Under the pieces are notes generated by a model. The model did not search any database, was not told where the DNA came from, and saw only the letters and a list, made by a program, of their open reading frames with translations. The translations under genes were made by a program, and so were the position numbers. From Phyllosticta citribraziliensis (Eukaryota), in contig NW_027117341.1 of assembly GCF_038025025.1 (NCBI RefSeq), positions 1,178,001 through 1,242,000 of the forward strand: a stretch of DNA of 64,000 nt, read 5' to 3'. Every line of letters begins with the position of its first letter. The first letter of the stretch is position 1. This document shows, piece after piece, positions 49,980 to 60,710 of the stretch.

Positions 49980-51821
49980 GACACAACTTTACAACGACTT
50001 GGCGGGGCGGCTTCCCTACATCTTCAAGTAAGCCATCAATCACTCTGGGCATACGGCTTACTCGATTCGCAACTTGGATTGTCTCCCAAGCTGCCAAGAG
50101 CTCTCTCCTTTCGAACACCCACCAAACAAAGAGTGTTCTTCCCCTTCTCTGTGGAGCTCAGCCGCTCAGCCAAGTCGACCACCTTTCATTCCACTTCAGC
50201 AACTCGGTCACTCGACCAAGTTGTTTCCCTTTTGCTTTTTTGTTTTGCTTTTTCGTTTTTGCTTTCTCTCACAACCCTGGATGAACCCTGGATGGATGCC
50301 GGCTCCTTACCACCACAACTGCTGCTTTCCGAGGACGACAATGGCTTCTCCCAATGACCGCCAACAAAACAACCCGTCCTTGGAACCGGAGCCTAGCAAA
50401 TCTCAGCCGGACTGTAGACTTCTCTGGCAATATGATCCGCCAGATCAGGTTGGTTACTTTCTGCTTCAACATTTTCTCTTCAAACACTCTCGAAGCCTTG
50501 CCGGCCTAACCACTACTGCTACTGCTACTGCCGCTGCTACTACGAAAGATCCAACCAAGCCGAAGCTACAACCACTACCGGCTGGCCCATTATCAAACAA
50601 CTTTCCGCGGTCTTCCAAGACTTCGACTCCAAACAACCGGGCTGGCCGGCCGGCACAAACATCTCCCACTCCACGCGCTCCTCCGCGTCAAGAACACCCC
50701 TCCTCGCTCAAGCTTGTCATCCTCCGCTGTAGATTCTCCACATTCAATCGTTCGGCCGTCAAAAGGACAAGGTGCAAAAGCGCCTACTTCAATCTTCCCC
50801 GAACAGAGTCTCTTCCAGCACGACGAGCAGCGAACCCCCTCCGCGACGTGGTCAAAAGCTCCAACTACAAACAACCGAGCTAGCCGGCACAAACATCCAT
50901 CAATCCATTCATCCATCCATCCATCCATCCAGGGTTCAACGCAAAGCTGGCAGCCTCCAGGCCAGCATACGAGATGGTCAACCCTCAAAAGTAAGCTTCG
51001 CCCTGGAAAAGCTCATCGTCTTGAACCTTGCTAACCACTTGTACGACAGAACAAACTACGCGACCATCTCACGAACAACCCATACAGGGAGTGTTCACGG
51101 CCACTACAAAAGACCCTCAAAGCTTCGCGCTCTCGGCTTTTGCATCCGCCAAATACCAACATGGTGGCAAGCTGGTCGCCCCCAAAACGTAAGTCCTACG
51201 GTCCCTACGCCCCCAATTCGAAGTCGCATGCTAACACATTACACCACAGAATCATTAACACAACACCTTCACCAACAACAGCCATACTCAGCCAAAGCAG
51301 CCCTTCCACACACCACGGTCCACCAGTCCTTCTCGCACCCCCACCCGCCGACGCGGCGGCTTAGCAGCCTAGGGACGTCTGAGGGTTACCTCCACCCGAA
51401 AGGCAAGCTCGCCAATGCTGACGCGGGAGGGTGTGGGCGGGGCTGCGTGGCCGTGATGAGCAGGCGGCTTTCGCGCGCTTCGTGTTGCGGCTTGAGGTGA
51501 CCCTCGTCGTGCTCGGTCAAAGCGTTGCGTGCCGTCTGCTGCTGTGGCGGGGTTTGTGTATGGGCGCGGTGGGCTGGCGTTGGGTGCGAGGCCGGGGCGA
51601 CCACGGACGGCGCGGGACGTTGGACAATGGCATCGTTCACAGACACTTGAACACAAACAAAACGAGCCTTGTTCGACGGCGCCAGTCCACTCCACAAACA
51701 TCAAAAACATCAAAAAAGAAAGAAAAAACAAAGCCAAAAAGGCAAAGAAAAAACTCTCAACCCACGTCAAACACCAACACCAACATCACAAGCACACAAA
51801 CACAAACCGCACGCGCGCAAA

Positions 51822-51975
51822 ACCCAACTACATCACCTGAACGCAGAGTCAGTGATGGCCGGACCGAACGACGGCTCCGCCTTTGCGCGCGCGCACGCAA
51901 GACCCCAACTACATCATCGGGCGCAGAACCGGTGATGGACGGACCGAACGACGGTACCGCTTCTTGCGTGCACGC
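51822..51975 (+). repeat. Two 80-bp tandem direct repeats with a covarying hairpin
   Basis: cccaactacatca..gcaga..gtgatgg(c/a)cggaccgaacgacgg at about 51823 and 51904. Confidence 0.85.
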
Positions 51976-52074
51976 GGGCTGTGCTTGCTGATTGACTGAC
52001 TGGGTTGAGTGGGAAATTTGAGGAGGATAGTGGAGGGGGAGGGGCGGGGGAAGGAGAGGGGGATTTGGTGTCCG

Positions 52075-52395
52075 AAACTCTACATTCTACACTCTACACT
52101 ACACTCTACACTCGACTCTACACACTCGACTCAAACGACCACTCTACCAACAACGACAATTCAACCGACTCTACCACCCGACACAACCAACCAACCGACC
52201 GTCGCGACTCGCTGTCTCCGCCAACAACCAACTCTCTCAAATCGAATCAACTCAACCCACCATGTCGACAATCCAACACTCCAACACTGCAACACTCCAA
52301 CAATCCAACAATCCAATAACCCGACACCCCGACACTCCGACACAGACAGCGAGTCCGACGACACCAAACCAAACAAACAAAAAACAAAAAATAGA
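52075..52395 (+). repeat. A/C-rich low-complexity tract (ACTCTAC and CCAACA repeats)
   Basis: Read directly; very G-poor on the + strand. Confidence 0.8.
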
Positions 52396-53291
52396 AGGGC
52401 AGCCGGCCCCAGCGACGGGACCGAAATTCAGGCACAAAGCTTCAGCTTCAGCTTCAACTTCAACTTGACACGGAAGCGGTGGAGGGCATGACGGGCACGG
52501 CAGGGCAAGGCAGAATAAGGCAGGATAAGGCAGGATGAGCCTGACGGGCTGGAGCGAGACACGAGTGGCATCGAGGAGCATTTGATGAGAATGTCCCGGT
52601 GCGGAGCGGTTCAGGGTGAAGGGGCAGGACAAGCCTGGATGATTCAAGCGCGAGAGCGGAGTGGAGTTGAATGAAGAATTAACGACGCGTTTCTACCATT
52701 TCTGGTGCTGCTAGAGCTGTGAGAAGGGTACTTGGTGCTGTGTAGAAGAAATTCGCGATCTGCCTCCCATCCTTTTCTGCCACCATTGCACGTGACGAGT
52801 CCCTGAGAGTATCTTGACGGACAACTTTTACTTCAAGGCCGGACCATTTGGATGTATGAGAATCATGGCACTGGAGGTTTGGAAAGTATCATTGACCGTG
52901 ACGTGATTGAAGCTAAGTTTGATCAACGTGAAGCAAAATTGACCACATTTCCTAACTTCGTCCCTTTCCACGGCGTCACCACAGCGTTTGACTACCACCC
53001 TCTGAAAGCAAGATGTAACCTTAGATCTGACTCCCTTGTATGCGTAATTTGTTGGAATGCGCGTAGAAACCCGTCAAACACCGGTTGCGATTTGTCATGA
53101 ATGTCAAAGCAATCACACGAGCCAGTCATCACGATTCGATCGTGATGTGAACTGGGTACAGAGCAAGAAAGAAAACAGGAATAAGTCTTTTGAGGCGAAG
53201 ACTGATCTGCAGTCAATTGGACTTGTGATCGGAGGTCTGTCGAAGTCATCAGCGGAGAACATATGAAAAGCGCACGCTGGCTTACAAAGGT

Positions 53292-54374
53292 TTAGTCCTT
53301 GGGCTCCGTCTTTATTGAGACTTCCGCATTTTGTCTCTTGTCGCTGGGGTGAGAATGTGGCTGCTGATCTTCAGCATCTGTAAGGGAACTTGGGCCGTGC
53401 TTGAAGGACTCTAAAGTGCCATGGACTTTCGTAAATTCGTACAGTGAGAAGTATCCAGTGGGTTGGTTGAGCGGTTGCTCGGAATCATCGCATGTGTTGT
53501 TGCTTCCACGATTGCCATTGCCATTGTAGTCATCTTTGATTTGATAGTGACTCTCCTCCCGCCGACTTGTGAATGTGTTCTTTCTCTTGTGTCCAACATG
53601 TAGCTCGCTCTCTTCAGTAGACTTGTCGTGCTGCACTCCTCTTTGGAAAGCAGACGACTGTGCTTGTTTGAGCTCGGATACCTTGGATTCAAGCGTCTGT
53701 ATCCTCTGATCTTTTCCCTCCAGCGAGGCCTCGTGTGCGAGATTCTTCCGTTGCACAAAGGCCTCAAACCGGTTGTCCTTTTCGCGGAGAGCACTTTCGG
53801 ATGTTTCCTGTGCAGTCCGAAGGTCTTTGATGACTGCCGACGTTGAGCTGAGAGAGTTCTCGTAATTTTTGACTTGGTGTTGTAGCGCTTGTATTGCTTG
53901 GTCTTTCCGTTGGATGTTGTCATGAAGCTGCTTTGTTGCGGAGTCCAGCGTAACGATTGTAGGCATTACAGCGTAGATGGCGCTGCCAACACTTGGTCCC
54001 GTCAGGGGCACCAACGACGAGTCAATCCGAAAATACCCCAATCTCTCAAGCTCAGTCAAAAGTCCATCATAAATGACCGCAAAAGCCTCTTCGCGCCCTA
54101 GATTTCTAAAATCCGGCAATGAAAAGCGACCAGGCTCCAGAAGCTTGCGGAAGAAGCGATCTGCGGCGCCCGTGTTGTGGAAAGCTTTGGGGCGTTGAGC
54201 TACCGGGAGTTGCGAGTCGATCGTGGCTAGAGCCCGGCCTCTGTAGGCTTTTTTGACGCCTGTGCGTGTTAGGGGAGGTATGGGTGAAGGCTGGAGGAGA
54301 AGGGTACCTTGGAAGAAGCTGATGCTGGCGTTTCCTGAGAAGGAAGCCGGGACGTAGCCGTCGCGAATTGCCAT
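53292..54374 (-). CDS. Hypothetical coiled-coil protein
   Basis: Long ORF from MAIRDGYVP with a probable 48-nt in-frame intron (GTACCC..CTAAC..CAG). Coiled-coil segment KQLHDNIQRKDQAIQALQ..KDQRIQTLESKVSELKQ. True start uncertain. Confidence 0.65.
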   Translation of the reverse strand: MAIRDGYVPASFSGNASISFFQGTLLLQPSPIPPLTRTGVKKAYRGRALATIDSQLPVAQRPKAFHNTGAADRFFRKLLEPGRFSLPDFRNLGREEAFAVIYDGLLTELERLGYFRIDSSLVPLTGPSVGSAIYAVMPTIVTLDSATKQLHDNIQRKDQAIQALQHQVKNYENSLSSTSAVIKDLRTAQETSESALREKDNRFEAFVQRKNLAHEASLEGKDQRIQTLESKVSELKQAQSSAFQRGVQHDKSTEESELHVGHKRKNTFTSRREESHYQIKDDYNGNGNRGSNNTCDDSEQPLNQPTGYFSLYEFTKVHGTLESFKHGPSSLTDAEDQQPHSHPSDKRQNAEVSIKTEPKD

Positions 54375-54389
54375 GATGCAGTGGCCTTG

Positions 54390-54662
54390 CAGCAGACCGA
54401 GCGGGCAAGAGACCCGAAGGCGAGAGACGTGCACGTCGTGCCAGGCTTCAGAGCGGGAAATTGGAGCAATAATCGTGCACGACAGGCCTCAGAGCGAGAG
54501 ACTTGAGCGAAAGACCTGAGGGGGACGTGGCAAGAAATGTTCGCAGCGGCCTTGAGGCAGACTGAGCGGGCAAGAGACCTGAAGGCGAGAGACGTGCGCG
54601 TCGTGCCAGGCCTCAGAGCAGGAGAATTGAGAGGCAGCCTTGAGGGAGACGTGCAAGAGATG
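54390..54662. repeat. Diverged direct repeats about 164 bp apart
   Basis: gcagac(c/t)gagcgggcaagagacc(c/t)gaaggcgagagacgtgc(a/g)cgtcgtgccaggc at about 54393 and 54557, plus gaggg(g/a)gacgtg..caaga..atgt at about 54518 and 54642. Confidence 0.85.
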
Positions 54663-55098
54663 TCCCCGAGAGGAGTGGGTGAGAAGAAGGAACCCAGCAC
54701 TTGGGTGGGTGGGTCGATGACCACCTGCCAGTTGGAAAGAAGGAAGGCACCTCACCCAGCAGTCGCCACTGCCTCCAACCAGCAACACCACCAAAGCCGC
54801 AGCTCTCACATCACGAACCCTCCTCATCGTCTTCCACTCGCTAGGTACATAGTCTTGAATACGCACAGTTTTACTCCGCACGTCTGCTACCAGTACTCGG
54901 CATCTCACCCCTCCACAATTTCTACCGCTCGTTTTATACCGCAGCACGGTTGCGCCGCTGCGTGGCTTCTGGATCCGAATTACAGCAGAAAAGAAGACCG
55001 GTAAAGGCAGAGACCGTCGAGTCGTGAGCCCCAGCATTCGAGTCACTGAAGAGCATCTCACCGACGACTTACCTCCAGCACTCCCTCTCCAGACCACC

Positions 55099-55765
55099 AT
55101 GGCAGACTCCCGGTCAGACTCAAACGAAACCCGCGTCACCCACGCGTGGGCGGCAAACATGTCACCGCACGTCTCGCCTTCCACAGCGCAGAGCGCTGCC
55201 AACCCGGCGCCTGCAAGCTCGACTACGCACGGCAGCACCACTGCTGCAGCTGGAAGCGCTGCTGCGCAAACCGCAGACACCCCAGAGGGGGCCACGGGCC
55301 TCGTAGTCCACATGACAGTCGAAACAGTCACCTCGACCACCGCCGCTGCAGAAGAACCAGCACCACCGTCCAGCAGTGCGAGCCCACCGGGTAGGAGATT
55401 CCTCGCCGACCGCCGGCGCGTCTACAGAGTCAGCCAGCCCCATTGCACACCGCCCATCAAGCAACCCACCCAACTGACAGCACACGCAGCTCCACGAGCT
55501 CCCCGACGGCCGCCAAAGACTGACGCCTCGCGACGGCGTCGTGCCCGAGTGCGGCGACCCGGCGCTCGTCTACAACGAGGTGCTGCACATCCACTGGGGG
55601 GAGGAGGAGCTGCGCGTACACGTGCACGTGCGGAAGGACGGACGCATGGTGATTTTGCGCGCCCTCACGCCCGACGAGCAGGTCGTCTGGGAGGACATTT
55701 TGCGAGCGAATCAGGGCATTGAGCCTCGTCTCATCGCCATGGGGGGAGCGAGGTTGGAGCCATAG
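55099..55765 (+). CDS. Hypothetical protein, 2 exons
   Basis: CACCATG start and Ser/Thr/Ala-rich exon 1. A phase-0 intron GTCAGC..CTGAC..CAG (about 55429-55489) joins RRVYR to LHELPDGRQRL..EVLHIHWGEEELRVHVHVRKDGRMVIL..RLEP*. Confidence 0.65.
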
Positions 55766-56465
55766 AGGTGGGGCTCGTGAGGAGGGTGCTGGGACAGTTG
55801 GGGTTCTGGTGTCTGTGTGTTGGTTTGGTGTGGAGGCATGTTTTGCTGCTCGGGGTTGTTCCTGAAGAGGTTCTGCATCTTTCACTAAGTGAGAAAATAG
55901 TGGCAAGGGGCTTGGACAGAAGGCTGCATGTACAGAGGTCGAGCCTAAATGACGTTACGGCCTGCTGAGTGGGTACCAAGCAATCAACGCAAAACAAAGC
56001 GTCCATCTTCAAGAGCTGAAAACAAGGCCAAAGCGGGAGGTTGTAGTGTATAAACAAGAACTTTAATCTGCATCGCTGCCCTCATCGAGGGGTTTAGGTA
56101 CGACTGCTCGCTGCGCACCTTTTTCGCGCGTCAATCAACGTAGAGCCAGACAGCAAAAGCAGCCAATCTGCCGCGTCTCGCCGCGATCCAACTAGAGGGT
56201 TCTTTTACTTTTTGCTGGGCATGACTAGGACCGACCAACATTTTGACGCCGATGCTGATGCCGGAGTTGTTGGACCACCCACCCACCAAGTCGTGTACGT
56301 ACAGTGTGCGTTGCTCTTTCTTTTTGGTAAATGGCAAAAAGGGAGCAAAAAGTGTTTGAGAAGATAAAGACACGCGAGAAAAGAATTGGGCGAGGTTGCG
56401 AGACTGTACACGGGTTTTTTTTTGCATCGAAATCTTTTAAAAAGGGCCGGCAAGGCACGACCATC

Positions 56466-57395
56466 TCAATCGTCTTCGCTCAGCTGCCGCGCAAGGCCAC
56501 CAACAGCGGCGCCAGTGCTGGGGAACTCGAGCACCATGTCGACCCACTTGACGCCCTGAAAGTCGTTCTTGCTCAGCCCGCGGTTGACGAAGCCGACGGC
56601 CTCGTAGAAGGGGACGAGATGGTCGTGGGTGATGATGGCGATGCGGTCCGCGACGCCGGCGTTCTGGATGCGCTGGACGTACGCCTTGAGCAGGGTGCGG
56701 CCGAGGCCGCGCTTCTGGTACTCGGGCAGCACGGCGAGCGAGTGGATGGCGACGGTGCGGCCGTCCTCCTGGTGGCCGACGGGACGCGCGGCGTCGTGGG
56801 GTTTCTCGCGCCAGTTGTCGGGCACGGCCATGTCGTCGGTCGAGATGAGCTCGTTGCGCGTCTTGGTTGCTAGGACGTGGCCGAGCAGGATCTCTTTGCG
56901 CTCTGGGCTGCCTGATTCGACGATGTGGGCGGTGGATGTTGTGGGGACGCTGGAGTCGGGCGCTGTCGAGGTTGTGAAGAGGCCCATGCAGAGCTCGCCG
57001 CAGATGGTTAATCTGTAGAGGATCTGGGAGTGCGTTAGAAAGTGGCACGTGACTTGGTAGGTAGAAGGTTCCGTTGGAAGGAACGGAAGCGGGAGTGACA
57101 AGGCAGCGCCGAGGAAAATGTGACGATGGTTGGATGCGGAAAGAGGTAGAGATGGAGGTGTTACCTTGTCTCTGCTACCGCGCAGGGCCTCGTCAAAGGC
57201 GGCATTTTCGCATGTAACGCAGCTGTCGAGATACGAGGGATTCAAGGTGCCGGTGATTGGGTGCAGGTCGTTGGGGTCGCGGCCGTGGCGGTGCTCGTCG
57301 AGGGCGTCTTCATGGTCGAGAGAAGGGGGTGATTTGACGAGGGGGGGCATTCCGGCCAGGGTCTGGCGCCGTTCCTCGTCCAGGTTGCGAGGCAT
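56466..57395 (-). CDS. PAA1: GNAT-family N-acetyltransferase (polyamine/arylalkylamine acetyltransferase, Paa1-like)
   Basis: CENAAF, YRLTICGELCMGLF, LLGHVLATK, GHQEDGRTVAIHSLAVLPEYQKRGLG (acetyl-CoA motif), HLVPFYEAVGF, WVDMVLEF. One intron at about 57023-57164. Confidence 0.85.
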   Translation of the reverse strand: MPRNLDEERRQTLAGMPPLVKSPPSLDHEDALDEHRHGRDPNDLHPITGTLNPSYLDSCVTCENAAFDEALRGSRDKVTPPSLPLSASNHRHIFLGAALSLPLPFLPTEPSTYQVTCHFLTHSQILYRLTICGELCMGLFTTSTAPDSSVPTTSTAHIVESGSPERKEILLGHVLATKTRNELISTDDMAVPDNWREKPHDAARPVGHQEDGRTVAIHSLAVLPEYQKRGLGRTLLKAYVQRIQNAGVADRIAIITHDHLVPFYEAVGFVNRGLSKNDFQGVKWVDMVLEFPSTGAAVGGLARQLSEDD

Positions 57396-58298
57396 GACGA
57401 TGACGACGGAGGTGAGGTTGGTCGGGGCGGCGGTGACGACAAGGCAATCGAACAAGTGGTGAGACGGGCGGGCAGTCAGATTTGTTCTGGCGACGAGACG
57501 ACCGAGAGGATGAGGGGACGGGAGGTGTAGAGCAGAACTGAAGTGAGGTTGTTGTTGGAGGTTGAGGTGGTCGTGGTCGTGGTCGTGGTCGTGGCAGTGG
57601 TGGCGGGGCTCTCAGTGTCCCCTCAAGCAACCTGGACGGCGATGAAGTCACCGGCGGCCCATGCTCAACTCAAGCAGCGGGCGGCCGGCCATGTTGACAC
57701 GGACATGACATGGAGCTGCCGTGTCCTGAACCACAACCTGACGCGACGCAACGCAACGCTGCGCATAGGACTAACATTTGTAACTGCAGTCTGCATGCTC
57801 ATGGATGGACGGATGGATGGATGGATGGACTGCTGTCGTGGCCTCAACTCAACGTCGCAAGCCAAGGCAGGGCAGGGTGCCGTGGGTGGTTCCCAGTCGC
57901 AGGCCGGCCCGCACTGCGTCAGGTCAGCAACCATCAGATCCCTCCACGTCCTTCCGCTTCCATCATTCTCTCTGCTCTCCCAAAACCACATCGCCATCCT
58001 CTCTTCGCTAGAGCCCTCGCTGCTCCACTCTCCGCCATCCCCCCCGCCTTTCCTCCTCACCCACGCTCCCTCTCTCCTCCTCCCCCTCCAAGCTCCTCCT
58101 CGCCATCTCCCCGACTCCGACGCCGACGCCGACTCCGACTCCGCCTTTCCTCACCCCCGAGACCGTTGCATCCAAATTCCCGATCCTCACCTGCGCACTG
58201 CTACACGGCCCTTAGAACCATAAACACTCTCTCCTCCCGTGTACCACCCTCATCTATCCTCTTCGAGCTCCGCCTGCATACCAGGCAAGGAGTCCGTC

Positions 58299-60300
58299 AT
58301 GTAAGTCCACTCCCACCTCACCACCATCCGCTGCTCCTGTGCAACCCCGACATCCTAACTCTGCTCGTGCAATAGGCCGCGTATAACCATATCAATTACC
58401 GCCCCAGACGACCCCGCCGACTCGAGCATAGTCTCCCTCGACCTGCCCCCCGGCCTGACCATCCTAGACCTCAAGAACTTTGTCCAGTCCGAGACAAAGT
58501 TCCCCGTCGAGTCCCAGCAGTTTTACCTCAACGGTTCCATCCTGAATGGCGACTCCAAGACACTCGAGGAGGCCGGCCTCAACGACGGCGAGATGCTGGC
58601 CCTGCTCATAAAGCGCCCTCAGCGTGCCGCCCACGCCCAGCCTAGGTCCGGCACACCCCAGACACAGCCCGGCGGCATGCCTCGCAACGCTGCCGACGAG
58701 ATTGAAACCATACGCTTGCGCATTCTGGGCGACCAAAATGCTCTGACGCAGATACAACAAGGGAACCCACAACTCGCGGCTGCCATAAACGACCCGAACC
58801 GCTGGAGGGAAGAGTGGACCAATGCGCGCCGCGACGAGCAGCGCCAGCAGCGCGAACACCAGAGGCAGCTGGAGCTCCTCAACGCTGACCCCTTTGACGT
58901 CGAGGCCCAGGCCAAGATTGAGGAAATCATTCGCCAGGAGCGCGTCATAGAGAACCTGCAACATGCGTACGAGCACATCCCAGAAGGCAAGTTGGACATT
59001 CCCTTTGGTTCCGTTTTTGTTCTCGTGTTTCCACTTCACCACCTTCATATTGATTTCCCGTTTCGTCCGTGTCTTGGCTACATCGGCTGCGGGAGCGTTT
59101 TTGTGTCGCAAAAGAGAAGGGGTCACCGGTCTGGCCTCCTGGACCAGAGTGCGAGCAGCTTGGAACTGCGCGCATCCTTGCACAGTCTAGCCACCGCGGC
59201 CAAGCCCGGTATGGATGGTCCAGGGTGTGCAAGCAAGAGGCCAACTTGTCCCCCTCGCGCAACGCCTTACCAGGGTTGACAAATCCGGCCGCTCCCACGC
59301 ACAAACTCCGAAGTAAACCTGGACCGGAAAGGTCGTGATGCCCAAATGGGGAGACGTGCATATCTTCGCGTCTTCCCCGAGCCGTTTCGTTCGTTTCTTT
59401 GGCGAGCGTTGCTAGGACCCGTCGAGCAAGACACGGTCCTGCCATGGCCTTTTCTTTCCTGGAATGCCTGCAAGAGGCATTGCATCATGGTCGTTTCACG
59501 ACGCCCAAGTTGTTGGGTTTCTATTTTCTATAAGATTGCAGCTCTGGTGGGCGACCGTCAGCTAACATGTTCCTCCAGTGTTTGGCCGCGTCAGCATGCT
59601 CTACATCAACTGCGAAATCAACAACCACCGCATCAAGGCTCTCGTCGACTCTGGCGCGCAAGCAACCATCATGTCTCCCGGATGCGCCGAAGCGTGCGGC
59701 ATCATGCGCCTGATTGACAAGCGCTTCTCTGGAATCGCGCGCGGCGTCGGCACGGCCAAGATCCTCGGACGCGTCCACCACACGGAGATTCGAATCGGCG
59801 GCGCCGCCATGCCATGCGCCTTTACCGTCATGGAGGGCAAGGCCGTCGACCTCCTCTTCGGCCTCGACATGCTCAAGCGCTACAAGGCCAAAATCGACCT
59901 CGAAAAGAACGCCCTGTGCTTCGAGGGCATCGAGGTGCCGTTTCTCCCCGAATCCGAAATCCCCGACTCGTTCGCCGAAGAAGACGAGCCGACCGTCCCC
60001 GGCCCCAACGGCATGGAGGTGGGCGCAAAGACGGGCGCCGTCAAGCCCGCCGGCGACTCGTCGTCTGCGGCCGCCGGTCCTTCTGGCTCTGGTTCAGGCG
60101 CGTCGGGTGCTGGTCCGTCGAATGCTTCGCCGGCGCAGCGACAACAGCCGCCGCAGCCGCCGTCGGGCAGCAAGTTTGCGCCGGCGGATATCGAGCGCCT
60201 CACGGAGCTGGGCGTCTCGAAAGCGCAGGCCATCAACGCGCTAGAGGCTTGCAATGGCGATGTGGAGGCCGCTGCTTCCATCTTATTTCAGATGATGTGA
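58299..60300 (+). CDS. DDI1: DNA damage-inducible protein 1 (UBL - retroviral-like aspartyl protease - UBA), 3 exons
   Basis: UBL (LDLPPGLTILDLKNFV..SKTLEEAGLNDGEML), LLNADPFDVEAQAKIEEIIRQ, PEVFGRVSMLYI, catalytic VDSGAQATIMS, DLLFGLDMLKR, and UBA (ALEACNGDVEAAASILF). Introns 58301-58375 and 58987-59578. Confidence 0.95.
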
Positions 60301-60710
60301 TGGAGTGGGGAATGTTGACGGACGGACGGACGGACGGACGAAGCTTGCAATAGATACCACGGAAAAAGACGTTTAAACGATGATGGCTGGCTGGATGGAA
60401 GCGGTGGATTTGTGGATTGGGTGAATGGATGGATGGATGGGTCGGTGGGAGGCATCTTACGGAGTGGCTGGCCGGCTTTCCGGGCCTTGTTTTTTCTTCT
60501 TCACTTTCCAACAAGAGATTTACTCGACTGTGCTTGGTGTTTGCTCTCTCGATGCTTCGCTTGCTCGTTTCGATGAGCGTGATGTGATGCTTCCATCCAT
60601 GCCCACCTTTTTTGATCTGCCATGTGGCCTGACGGAGTAGAGCCGACAGCTTTCTGATGGGCTCATGAACGGATGGGTGCATTCCCCCTTCTCCCTAGGC
60701 CACATGCCTA

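Larger units (their letters stand above)
45900..52810 (+). ncRNA. Candidate very large structured RNA (lncRNA or giant 3' UTR)
   Basis: No credible long ORF. Dense hairpins with compensatory changes between repeat copies, G-T(U) pairs that work only on the + strand, a cUUCGg tetraloop (45985-46004), repeated H-type pseudoknots and nested long-range helices. Expression is not shown. Confidence 0.55.

Noticed and set aside
46759..51500. Chain of 200-300-aa plus-strand ORFs
   Set aside because: Mostly non-ATG starts. The frame is not conserved between repeat units because unit lengths and indels are not multiples of 3. The A-poor composition suppresses stop codons. Short per-unit ORFs (MADLLGNACGG..) cannot be totally excluded.
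45900..52810. Telomerase RNA, rRNA, group I intron or hammerhead identity for the structured region
   Set aside because: I found no TAACCCTAA-type template, no rRNA conserved cores, no group I P7 signatures and no CUGANGA/GAAA core. An Rfam scan is still needed.
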